Notes: generated by a model not told the origin, from the letters alone. A DNA stretch of 41,939 nt from Candidatus Moranbacteria bacterium GW2011_GWF2_35_54 (GCA_000990945.1 LBQR01000029.1:1-41939); one strand, 5' to 3'. Positions 19,132 to 27,876 are shown, numbered from the stretch's first letter. Translations and numbers: made by a program.

Positions 19132-19887
19132 ATGAATAAGAGGCAAGAAAAAATTTTAGAATGCATCGTGGAAGAATATACTTCGACGGCTGTGCCAATT
19201 GGTTCAAAAGTTTTAGTAGAGAAATATGGAATTGATGCCAGTAGTGCCACAATTCGAAATGAGATGGTGGAGTTGGAGGAAATGGGTTATCTTTATCAAC
19301 CTCATATTAGCGCAGGGAGAATTCCTACTGACAAAGGCTATCGTTATTTCGTGGAAGAAATAATGAAAGATAGAGAATTGAGCAAAAAAGAGCAGATGAA
19401 ATTACAGGAGGAATTATTGAAGCTCAAAGCCAAAAATATGCGACTTTCCCGAACGAGTGCTAAATTACTTTCGGGTTTGACGGGCAACTTAGCGATTAGT
19501 GGAATATTAGACAAAGATGAATTTGATGATTTTGGGATGAGGGATTTGTTAAGTGAACCAGAGTTTCAAAAGCTGGATGATATTTGTCGCTTGACTGAAA
19601 CGATGGATTATATCGATGAGATGTTTGATAAAATTGTCAAAGAAATGAAAGAAGGGGAAACAAAAATATTTATTGGAGCTGAAAATCCGGTGGATAAGAT
19701 CTCCAATTGCTCCATGATTGTCTCGCCCTATAAATTAAAAAACGGCCAGCGGGGAGTCTTGGCCTTAATCGGTCCCAAGCGGATGAAATATGCCAAGAAT
19801 AAATCGTTGATTGAATATATAAAGAAGATGTTAGGTTCGGCAAATGTAATAGTGATGGTGGGTGGTATTAATATTTTGATATATTAA
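19132..19887 (+). CDS. hrcA: Heat-inducible transcription repressor HrcA (short form)
   Basis: SSATIRNEM..LE, PH.SAGRIPTDKGYR, IGPKRM.Y; adjacent CIRCE. Confidence 0.95.
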   Translation: MNKRQEKILECIVEEYTSTAVPIGSKVLVEKYGIDASSATIRNEMVELEEMGYLYQPHISAGRIPTDKGYRYFVEEIMKDRELSKKEQMKLQEELLKLKAKNMRLSRTSAKLLSGLTGNLAISGILDKDEFDDFGMRDLLSEPEFQKLDDICRLTETMDYIDEMFDKIVKEMKEGETKIFIGAENPVDKISNCSMIVSPYKLKNGQRGVLALIGPKRMKYAKNKSLIEYIKKMLGSANVIVMVGGINILIY

Positions 19888-19938
19888 AAAGATTGTTTAA
19901 TTTTAAGTTTAGAATTATTTGTAGAAATTTATTGATTT

Positions 19939-20013
19939 GTCATTGCGAGTAAATTTTGTACTCAAAATTTGCGTGGCACAGAAATTATGAGTACATAATT
20001 TCTTCGCAGAGAC
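19939..20013. repeat. Palindromic element family A (centre missing)
   Basis: GTCATTGCGAG...GTGGCA / ...TTCGCAGAGAC; GTACTC 19958, GAGTAC 19989. Confidence 0.85.
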
Positions 20014-20036
20014 GAGTTTAATTTAAAATTAATTTT

Positions 20037-20960
20037 ATGAAAAATAAAAAAATAGAAATGGAGATTGAGAAAGGTTGGCCAATACAGTTAACCGTTAAGG
20101 CTGTGGTTGTAAATAAGGACGGAAAAGTTCTGCTTCTAAAGAGAGCTGAAAAAGAAGTGACCAATAGTTCTAAGTATGATTTGCCAGGTGGAGGAATCGA
20201 AAAAGGTGAGACAATGGAAAAATCTCTCAAAAGAGAATTGGTGGAAGAATTAGGATTGGATAATGTCGAAATTGTTGGGGTAATTAGGGTGGGTGAATAC
20301 CCAGAGGGACATAAAAAATTTGATAGTTTAAAAGCTCTGAGATTTATCGCGCATTACAATGGCGGAGAAATAAAACTAAATCCTCGCGAGCATAGTGAAT
20401 TTGAGTGGCTCAATATCGATGAAGCGATAAAGAAACTAAATACTGGCGATGGTTTTGAAGAAGAAAAAATGGAAACTCTCAAAGCGGCCAAAAAATATCT
20501 GGAAATGGAAATGGCGCTGGATGGTTGGAAAAGAAGCTTGGCAGAGTTTGAAAATTATAAAAAAATGCAAGCCGAAAGCCAGAAAGATAGAATTCGTTAT
20601 GCGACTGAAAATATCGTAATGCAGATAATTCCTGTGATTGATAATTTCCATGTCTCCACCTCACATATTCCCGAAGATCAAAAAGATGGTGGCTGGGTAA
20701 CTGGAATAATGTATATTCAAAAACAACTGGAAAATGTGTTGGCAGAAAACGGAGTAGAGGAAATTAATTTAAAAGTTGGAGATAATTTTGATACTAAATA
20801 TTGCGAGGCCGTTTCGGATAATTGTTGTCATGATGAAAAATGCCAAGATGGTAAATGTGGAGAGAAGAAGAAATTTAAAAATAAGATAAAAAAAGTTATT
20901 TTAAAAGGTTATAAAATTGGTGATAAGGTTATCCGAGCTGCTCGAGTAATCGTAGAATAA
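20037..20960 (+). CDS. grpE: NUDIX hydrolase-GrpE fusion
   Basis: Nudix box GGIEKGETMEKSLKRELVEELG; then R..AEFENYKK, PVIDNF, GYKIGDKVIRAARV; located between hrcA and dnaK. Confidence 0.9.
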   Translation: MKNKKIEMEIEKGWPIQLTVKAVVVNKDGKVLLLKRAEKEVTNSSKYDLPGGGIEKGETMEKSLKRELVEELGLDNVEIVGVIRVGEYPEGHKKFDSLKALRFIAHYNGGEIKLNPREHSEFEWLNIDEAIKKLNTGDGFEEEKMETLKAAKKYLEMEMALDGWKRSLAEFENYKKMQAESQKDRIRYATENIVMQIIPVIDNFHVSTSHIPEDQKDGGWVTGIMYIQKQLENVLAENGVEEINLKVGDNFDTKYCEAVSDNCCHDEKCQDGKCGEKKKFKNKIKKVILKGYKIGDKVIRAARVIVE

Positions 20961-21107
20961 AAAAAGACCCCCAAGAAGATAGCTATCTTCGAGGGGATCA
21001 GGGGGAGGTAGCAGGAAATGTAGCTGGCAGATTGAATGTTTTTATAGGAAGGGTAGGGGTAGAAGAGAATTTTCTCTTCAAAAAACATATTCAATGTGCC
21101 AGCTACC
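20959..21107 (-). ncRNA. Candidate structured small RNA
   Basis: Minus-strand TTGACA-N17-TACTCT (21139-21111), long 5' stem, C-rich linker, hairpin plus T-run terminator. Confidence 0.5.
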
Positions 21108-21181
21108 TAAAGAGTAAGCCATTTGTATTAAAATGTCAAGTACGAAAACTCCTTACTAACCCCTAAGTCAAAAGCATGCCT

Positions 21182-21297
21182 GTCTTTGCGAGGAAGGTAC
21201 TCCTGACGCGGCAATCCAGTAGTGCATTAGATCTAGATGTGTTTTTAAGAGCTAGACTGCCACGTAAATTCTGAGTACAAAATTTACTCGCAGAGAC
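21182..21297. repeat. Palindromic element family A (complete)
   Basis: Inverted sister of 3849-3963; GTACTC 21197, GAGTAC 21273. Confidence 0.9.
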
Positions 21298-21402
21298 GAG
21301 TAAAAAGATAATTTATCAAGTAATAATTAATAATAAAAAATAAGTAATAAAAGATTTTAACTAATTAACTTGCTAAGTTAATTGGCTAAAAGCTAAAAAA
21401 AT

Positions 21403-23325
21403 ATGGGTAAAATATTAGGAATTGATCTCGGAACTACTAACAGCGCGATGGCCATCGTGTCTGGTGGCAAGCCGGAAATAATTGAAAACAAAGAGGGAAA
21501 TCGAACCACACCATCAATGATTGCAATTAATAAAGGCGGAGAAAGATTAGTGGGACTTTTGGCCAAACGTCAAGCGGTAACTAACCATGAAAACACTTTG
21601 TTTTCGATCAAGCGTCTTATCGGAAGAAAGTTTGACGATAAAGATGTCCAAGAGGATATTAAATTAATGCCCTTTAAAATTTCTAAAGCAGCTAATGGCG
21701 GAATTAATGTAAAAATGGGAGATAAAGAGTATACTCCGCGAGAGATTTCAGCTATGGTTTTGCAAAAATTAAAAGCTGATGCCGAAGAAAAATTGGGAGA
21801 AAAAATCGAGGAAGCGGTGATCACTGTGCCGGCTTATTTCGATGATTCTCAAAGAAAAGAAACTAAAGAAGCCGGAAGAATTATCAACGAGCCGACCGCG
21901 GCTGCGCTAGCTTATGGTTTCGATAAAAAGAAAAATGAAAAAATTGCGGTTTATGATCTGGGTGGCGGGACTTTTGATATTTCGATTCTCGAAGTGGGCG
22001 ATGATACCGTAGAAGTTATTTCTACCAACGGAGATACTCATTTGGGAGGAGATGATTTTGATCAAGTTCTCATCAACTGGATAATTGACGAATTCAAAAA
22101 ACAAGAAGGTATTGATTTAAGTAAAGATAATTTGGCTCTGCAGAGAATTAAAGAATCAGCTGAAAAAGCTAAAATTGAACTTTCCACTGCTCAAGAAACT
22201 GAAATCAACCAACCTTTTATCACTACCGATGCCAATGGCCCCAAACATTTAGTGATGAAATTGACTCGTTCAAAAATGGAAGAATTAGTGGGAGATTTAG
22301 TAACTAAAACTATGGAGCCAGTCAGAAAAGCTCTTAAAGACGCAAAACTTGAAAATAAAGACATCAATGAAATTGTGATGGTGGGAGGAATGACTCGCAT
22401 GCCACTGGTACAAAAGAAAGTAGAAGAATTTTTTGGCAAGAAACCAAATTCAAGTGTGAACCCTGATGAAGTAGTGGCCATGGGAGCTGCTATCCAGGGG
22501 GGAGTATTGGCCGGTGATGTAAAAGATGTCTTGCTTCTTGATGTTACTCCGCTGACTTTGGGAATCGAAACCATGGGAGGAATTTCCACTCCACTTATCG
22601 AAAGAAATACGACTGTGCCAACTAAAAAATCTCAGATATTTTCTACGGCGGCTGATAACCAACCTAGTGTAGAAATTCATGTCTTGCAAGGAGAACGTGA
22701 AGTAGCGCAAGGTAATAAAACTTTAGGCAGATTTATCCTAGATGGTATTGCTCCATCTCCTCGAGGAATTCCGCAAGTAGAAGTAACTTTTGATATTGAT
22801 GCCAATGGAATATTGAGCGTGAGTGCTAAGGATAAAGCGACTGGCAAAGAACAATCAATTCGCATCGAAGCCTCTAGCGGAGTAAGCAAAGAAGAAATCG
22901 AAAGAATGAAACAGGATGCCGAGGCGCATGCCGAAGAAGATAAAAAACGTAAAGAAAAAGTCGAAGCGAAAAATATTGCCGAGAGTCTAGTTTACTCTAC
23001 TGAAAAAGCTTTGAAAGACTCGGGCGATAAGATTAGTGAAGATAAAAAGAAACCGGTCATTGAAAAAATGGAAGCGCTCAAGGAAGTTTTGAAAAAAGAA
23101 GAGTCGACTACGGAAGAAATTAAAAAAGCCACTGAAGAATTTTCAACCGAAGCCCAAAAGATTGGCGAAGAGCTTTATAAAGCCACTGCACCGCAAGAAG
23201 AGAATCCCGCCTCTGCTGAAGCTACGGGCGAGACAAAGACGGGCGAGACTAAGGAGGATAATGTAAAAGATGCGGAGACAGAACCAGCAAAAGATAGTGA
23301 ACCAAAAGATGGTGACAAGAAATAA
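21403..23325 (+). CDS. dnaK: Chaperone DnaK
   Basis: [30 protein letters not shown]; about 8 codons appear to be missing at 21876/21877. Confidence 0.99.
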   Translation: MGKILGIDLGTTNSAMAIVSGGKPEIIENKEGNRTTPSMIAINKGGERLVGLLAKRQAVTNHENTLFSIKRLIGRKFDDKDVQEDIKLMPFKISKAANGGINVKMGDKEYTPREISAMVLQKLKADAEEKLGEKIEEAVITVPAYFDDSQRKETKEAGRIINEPTAAALAYGFDKKKNEKIAVYDLGGGTFDISILEVGDDTVEVISTNGDTHLGGDDFDQVLINWIIDEFKKQEGIDLSKDNLALQRIKESAEKAKIELSTAQETEINQPFITTDANGPKHLVMKLTRSKMEELVGDLVTKTMEPVRKALKDAKLENKDINEIVMVGGMTRMPLVQKKVEEFFGKKPNSSVNPDEVVAMGAAIQGGVLAGDVKDVLLLDVTPLTLGIETMGGISTPLIERNTTVPTKKSQIFSTAADNQPSVEIHVLQGEREVAQGNKTLGRFILDGIAPSPRGIPQVEVTFDIDANGILSVSAKDKATGKEQSIRIEASSGVSKEEIERMKQDAEAHAEEDKKRKEKVEAKNIAESLVYSTEKALKDSGDKISEDKKKPVIEKMEALKEVLKKEESTTEEIKKATEEFSTEAQKIGEELYKATAPQEENPASAEATGETKTGETKEDNVKDAETEPAKDSEPKDGDKK

Positions 23326-23430
23326 ATTCTGAGAATATTATTAAAGAGCGAGGTACAATACTTCGCTTTTTAATTTCAAATTTTCAATTACAAATTTCAA
23401 ATAAAGTTCTAAATTTCCAATGTGTTTCCA

Positions 23431-23471
23431 TCCCCCTCTCCTGTACTCGGGAGAGGGTTGGGGAGAGGGTT
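23431..23471. repeat. Palindromic element family C, left arm
   Basis: CCCTCTCCTG-TACT-CGGGAGAGGG TTGGGGAGAGGG. Confidence 0.8.
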
Positions 23472-23482
23472 AATCCCCGCAT

Positions 23483-23591
23483 GTCATTTCGACTAAATAA
23501 ATTTTTGTACTCGGAAATTTATGCATGGAGAAATCTCAAGTAAATATTGTTTGAGATCTCTCGACTTCACTATCGTTGCGCTCGAGATGAC
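23483..23591. repeat. Palindromic element family B (complete)
   Basis: GTCATTTCGAC...GGAGAAATCTC / GAGATCTCTCGAC...CTCGAGATGAC. Confidence 0.9.
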
Positions 23592-23667
23592 AAGCCGCAA
23601 AATTTCTAAAATTAAAAAGACGACCTTTTTAGGGGTCGCCTCGGGGTGCTTCGTTGAAGCTTTGAGG

Positions 23668-23838
23668 TCATTGTTGGATCTCAAGATAACTTGCAAATGT
23701 CGCGTTGCAACGGCGACAATGGTATCTTTTTTCAGGATTCAAATATTCTTCGGGATTTGGGTTGGTTTCGACTGCTCTGTCTCTGCATAGTGGACAAATT
23801 ATTATGCTAGGTGGTTTTTTTCTGGTGGCGAAGGGCAT
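23668..23838 (-). CDS. 56-aa Zn-ribbon microprotein (not in the ORF track)
   Basis: Manual translation MPFATRKKPPSIIICPLCRDRAVETNPNPEEYLNPEKRYHCRRCNATFASYLEIQQ; AAGGAG SD. Confidence 0.75.
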   Translation of the reverse strand: MPFATRKKPPSIIICPLCRDRAVETNPNPEEYLNPEKRYHCRRCNATFASYLEIQQ

Positions 23839-23870
23839 GATAGCTTCTCCTTCTGCGGTAAAAAGTTCAG

Positions 23871-24074
23871 TTAAAAAGTAAGGTCACATCTTCCACAAGT
23901 CCACTCTTTGGTTATATCCAAGAAATAAAATGCTACTTCTCCGATGCCGAGATTGCTCTTAGCGACTGCCTTGCCAACCTGGTCATTAAAATGGCAATTA
24001 GGGCAGGTTGGAACGTCCATTTTTTTTACCGCGTTTCTGTTAACAGAGGCTACTAATATATTTTGTCCGCACAT
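23871..24074 (-). CDS. 67-aa Zn-ribbon protein
   Basis: CPNC...W.CGRC..TF; AAGGAG SD. Confidence 0.75.
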   Translation of the reverse strand: MCGQNILVASVNRNAVKKMDVPTCPNCHFNDQVGKAVAKSNLGIGEVAFYFLDITKEWTCGRCDLTF

Positions 24075-24276
24075 ATTGTTTCTCCTTCCAGATAAGGTTT
24101 AAGGTGCTATCAATATGATTCTAAACGTTAGTTATGTATGATAGTATAAAACATACCAAAACGTCAAGCGTTAGGGTTATTTTCATCAGCCTACTTTTAA
24201 AAATTTTAGGGGCGACTCTTTAGGAGTCGCCCTGGTATGCTTCATTGAAGCATTTGGCCATAGTTTCAATCGGCTT

Positions 24277-24624
24277 TCAGTCGGCCATTGCATTGAAAAT
24301 TTCCCAACCCTTATCGTCGCTGATGCCAAGAGGAAATTCATTGAAGTGGATTCCGAGTTCCGTAAGTCTTTTTTCTAGCGCATCGCAGTAACGCGTTAGC
24401 AAAAGGTAATCCGGGCTGGTAATAAATTGTTGGGATAAACACTTTCCTCCCAGTGCGATAATTGAGAGAAGAGAGTATTTTCCCACAACCCACTTTAGGT
24501 CTTTACAATAAATCTCGGAAGGCTTTGCGCTCTCCATTATGTGGCGCAGGAAACCAATGCCTGCGTCAGATGAATCGTAAGAATCGCCTTCTTCCCAAGT
24601 GTCTTCTATTAACGCATGTGTCAT
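24277..24624 (-). CDS. Hypothetical protein (115 aa)
   Basis: AAGGAG SD, natural composition, no recognised family. Confidence 0.7.
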   Translation of the reverse strand: MTHALIEDTWEEGDSYDSSDAGIGFLRHIMESAKPSEIYCKDLKWVVGKYSLLSIIALGGKCLSQQFITSPDYLLLTRYCDALEKRLTELGIHFNEFPLGISDDKGWEIFNAMAD

Positions 24625-24767
24625 TTTCGATGCTCCTTTGTATTGGATGAGATTTCTGGCTCTTAATAATGCGAGGTACTAAACTAACTATACACAATTG
24701 CACAAAAAAGACAAAAAGTCAAGTTTTGCGACGCTAAGTTCTGTGATTTATTTTATAGTTTTTCCCC

Positions 24768-24791
24768 GTAGGAACAGGGCACGCCCTGTTC
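24768..24791 (+). repeat. REP-like hairpin
   Basis: GTAG followed by GAACAGGGC-AC-GCCCTGTTC. Confidence 0.55.
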
Positions 24792-24923
24792 TTTGCACAA
24801 AGTTAAATCTTAAATTCAGCTAAAATATGAAGTTATATTTTAGAAAATAATTTGTCAATGTTGATTTTTGGTAGAAATAGAGATATTCTTAATATAATAA
24901 GTAAGATTTTTTAGCAGTTTAAT

Positions 24924-25673
24924 ATGAACATAAAACAGAAATTAAAAGATTATTTTGAAGGAGTAGCAGACATGATACAACTTGAATATAAACATTCCTC
25001 TACTACTGGACATCCTAATGATGTGGGAGATAATCGAGAAGATATACTTATTAATTTTTTTAATAAGCATCTTCCTCATAAATTTAAAGCAATCAGGGGT
25101 GGAAAAATTTTTGACTCTGAGGGTAATTCTAGCAAGCAAGTTGATGTTGTAATATATGACAATAATATTCCAAGACTGGCCTCTTATCAACAAACACTGT
25201 ATTTAGCAGAAGGTGTTGCAACTGCAATTGAGATTAAGCCAAGTTTAACGAAGGGTGAATTTATAAAGGCTATAGAAAATTTAAAATCAATTAAGTTGTT
25301 AAAGAAAAAAACTGGAGGAAGTATTATGATTGGAGATTTTCGAAAAGACATATATTGTGGAATATTCTCATTTGAAACTAATTTAAGTTTCCAAGATATA
25401 TTAAATATAATTAATGAGAAAATAGGTGAAGAGAAAATAATAGATTTCATAGTGGTAAATAATAAATATTTAATTTTGAGAAATAATGGGGAGTGGCATA
25501 TTGAAAGCGAGACTTCTAGGGAGAAAATTAATTTGACACAGCATTATCTCAATTTTGATGATGGAAAGATGATTTTGTATAGATTTTTTATGCTTGCTTG
25601 CAAAGAAATTGGAGTACTTAAATTATCTGACAACAATGGTTTGGACAATTATATAAATATGAAATTTGAATAA
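24924..25673 (+). CDS. DUF6602-like putative PD-(D/E)xK nuclease-fold protein
   Basis: H....G..RE, S.QVDVVIYD, E.V..AIEIK. Confidence 0.75.
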   Translation: MNIKQKLKDYFEGVADMIQLEYKHSSTTGHPNDVGDNREDILINFFNKHLPHKFKAIRGGKIFDSEGNSSKQVDVVIYDNNIPRLASYQQTLYLAEGVATAIEIKPSLTKGEFIKAIENLKSIKLLKKKTGGSIMIGDFRKDIYCGIFSFETNLSFQDILNIINEKIGEEKIIDFIVVNNKYLILRNNGEWHIESETSREKINLTQHYLNFDDGKMILYRFFMLACKEIGVLKLSDNNGLDNYINMKFE

Positions 25674-25691
25674 ATAGTAAGAATAGAAAAT

Positions 25692-26579
25692 ATGAATAGC
25701 GAATCAAAAGATATGAAAGAGTCGTACAAAAATACAATAGGCTGGCGGAAAACATTTCTTATGGGGGTTACATTTTTCAGCATTGCTTTTCTTGGATATT
25801 TAAGTGTTTATAGTGAATTTGATACGTTAAAAAAATGGATAAAGACAACTATATATTTATTTGGTGTCGTGGGTGTCATTCTGATGATTCCATTGATTGT
25901 GTTTTTTACTTTTGAAACAATTAAAGTAATCCTGCCTAAGTTAACAAAACCAATTGATATACTAATAAAAATAATAAGTAAATTGTTTTTATTTATTAAA
26001 AATATATATATTTTTATCACTAAATTAATTATTAAGGAGGCGGTCGAGAGTATCATTCTAGAAAGAGAAAAAGGAAGGGAATTTAATTTCATATTTAAAA
26101 ATCAAAATGATGATGACCACTACTATCCAGAGAATATTGATTTAAATAAAGAAAATATAAAAATTAAGGTTGTCCCAAAAGACACTAAATATTGGAGAAT
26201 AGGCTTTAAATTCTCTAATTCTGAAATTTTTGGTGTCGCGAGGCACGGAATGGATTTACCACTTTTTCATATTGGAGAAAGCATGGTAAAAAATTCAAGA
26301 TTAGATAGCGTGGAGAACAAGGATATGTTATATGTTACATATTATAATAAAGATTGTAAAAAAGAATATGATAAAAATATAATGAATAAATATAAAGGAG
26401 AATTAACTATAATGGAAGTATTTAAAAATAATAGTTCTACAATTATTTTGGTAAAAGATAAAAGTGGGAATGAATTAATAAGAGAAAATATTGGCGAATA
26501 CAGATTCTGTAAATTATTCGCTTGGGGCGATAAAAATAATTTTATTCTAGAGACTAAAATATGGAAAGAAAATAAATAG
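25692..26579 (+). CDS. Hypothetical protein with N-terminal TMs
   Basis: Long AT-rich ORF 18 bp after the previous gene; two hydrophobic helices, then a soluble domain. Confidence 0.75.
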   Translation: MNSESKDMKESYKNTIGWRKTFLMGVTFFSIAFLGYLSVYSEFDTLKKWIKTTIYLFGVVGVILMIPLIVFFTFETIKVILPKLTKPIDILIKIISKLFLFIKNIYIFITKLIIKEAVESIILEREKGREFNFIFKNQNDDDHYYPENIDLNKENIKIKVVPKDTKYWRIGFKFSNSEIFGVARHGMDLPLFHIGESMVKNSRLDSVENKDMLYVTYYNKDCKKEYDKNIMNKYKGELTIMEVFKNNSSTIILVKDKSGNELIRENIGEYRFCKLFAWGDKNNFILETKIWKENK

Positions 26580-26647
26580 TCATTTACTTCTACGCTCTAG
26601 TGTGTTGGAGTAAAATGCAGGTAGATAAATTTTAGGTAATAAACATT

Positions 26648-27253
26648 ATGGAAAAAATAATAAATATTTTTGGGGATAGTATCGCTTGGGGTGCTTTTGA
26701 TAAAGATGGTGGATGGGTAGATAGATTAAAAAAAGACTCAATGAGAGATTCGAGTGATTATAACATTGTCTATAATCTAAGCATACCAAATGAAGTTTCC
26801 GATGAATTATTAAAAAGATTTCAAATAGAAAATGAGGCACGCGATCCAAATGTAATAATCATTGCTATGGGTGTTAATGATTCAAGCTATACAAAAACAA
26901 AAGATAGAGTGTGGGTTCCCTTAAATAGATTTGAAGAAAATATAGAAGAACTAATAAAAATTTCCAGAAGATTTACTCAGGATATTATTTTTGTGGGACT
27001 TATAAAAGTTGATGAATCAAAAACAAAGGATAATCTTCCAGAGGGAATGGATGAATATATTGACAATCAAAGTGTAATTATTTACAACGCGAAAATAAAA
27101 GAAATTTGTGAGAATAATAATTTATTATTTATTGAGATGTTGGATTTATTGAACGATGATGATTTGGAAGACGGACTGCATCCTAATTCAAAGGGGCATG
27201 AAAAAATGTTTTTGCGAATTAAGGATTTTTTGGTGGAAAATAAAATTGTTTAA
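26648..27253 (+). CDS. SGNH/GDSL hydrolase
   Basis: FGDS, G.ND, DGLHP blocks. Confidence 0.92.
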   Translation: MEKIINIFGDSIAWGAFDKDGGWVDRLKKDSMRDSSDYNIVYNLSIPNEVSDELLKRFQIENEARDPNVIIIAMGVNDSSYTKTKDRVWVPLNRFEENIEELIKISRRFTQDIIFVGLIKVDESKTKDNLPEGMDEYIDNQSVIIYNAKIKEICENNNLLFIEMLDLLNDDDLEDGLHPNSKGHEKMFLRIKDFLVENKIV

Positions 27254-27277
27254 AATTAATTTGTAATAGTTAAATAT

Positions 27278-27598
27278 ATGGGTGAGTTAATTAAATTTCC
27301 AGGAGCAGGAACAAAGAGTGTTGAAAAAGATAATTCTCCAAAAAACAAAGAAGGAGAAAATTCTTATTTGAATACAAAAAAATTAGTTGAGGTACTCAAT
27401 ATATTGACTGCCTTAAAAAAAGCTGATATAAGATCGTTTGGGCAACATACAGTTAATCGAAAGAGAGATTTGGTAGGTAGCTATTCGGACATTGAATTGT
27501 TTGGGTGGATAAACAACTACACGGAGGACGAGATAAAAAAACGTCCATCTTTTTATGGAGCAATTTTTGATGAACTAAAGTATAGGAACCTTTGCTGA
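27278..27598 (+). CDS. Hypothetical protein (106 aa)
   Basis: ORF bracketed by 56-bp direct repeats. Confidence 0.7.
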   Translation: MGELIKFPGAGTKSVEKDNSPKNKEGENSYLNTKKLVEVLNILTALKKADIRSFGQHTVNRKRDLVGSYSDIELFGWINNYTEDEIKKRPSFYGAIFDELKYRNLC

Positions 27599-27623
27599 GA
27601 GAATTGATAATTGAGGCTCAAAA

Positions 27624-27679
27624 ATGAAAAAATGTTTTTGCGAATAAGAGATTTTTTAGTGGAAAATAAGATTGTTTAG
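27624..27679 (+). pseudogene. Duplicated 3' end of the GDSL gene
   Basis: 50/56 identical to 27198-27253. Confidence 0.85.
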
Positions 27680-27876
27680 ATCTCTCGATTCCGCTATCGC
27701 TACACTCGAGATGACACCCCTCATGTGAGTTACGTCCAGCTAACGAAGGTGTCATTCCGACCGGACAAATCTTTGTACTCAAAGATTTGGAAGTGGAGGA
27801 ATCTCAATCTATCAGTTAGTTTAGATTTCTCCATTACTAAATTTCCGAGTACAGAAATTTATTCAGTCGAAATGAC
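27678..27876. repeat. Family B half element (27678-27715) plus complete element (27751-27876)
   Basis: AGATCTCTCGA...CTCGAGATGAC; GTCATTCCGAC...GTCGAAATGAC with GTACTC 27775 and GAGTAC 27847. Confidence 0.88.

Noticed and set aside
20909-21094. 61-aa minus-strand ORF
   Set aside because: Runs through a terminator into grpE antisense, with no RBS; better explained as structured RNA
23619-24251. Integron attC sites
   Set aside because: No RYYYAAC/GTTRRRY ends recognised and no integrase in the window
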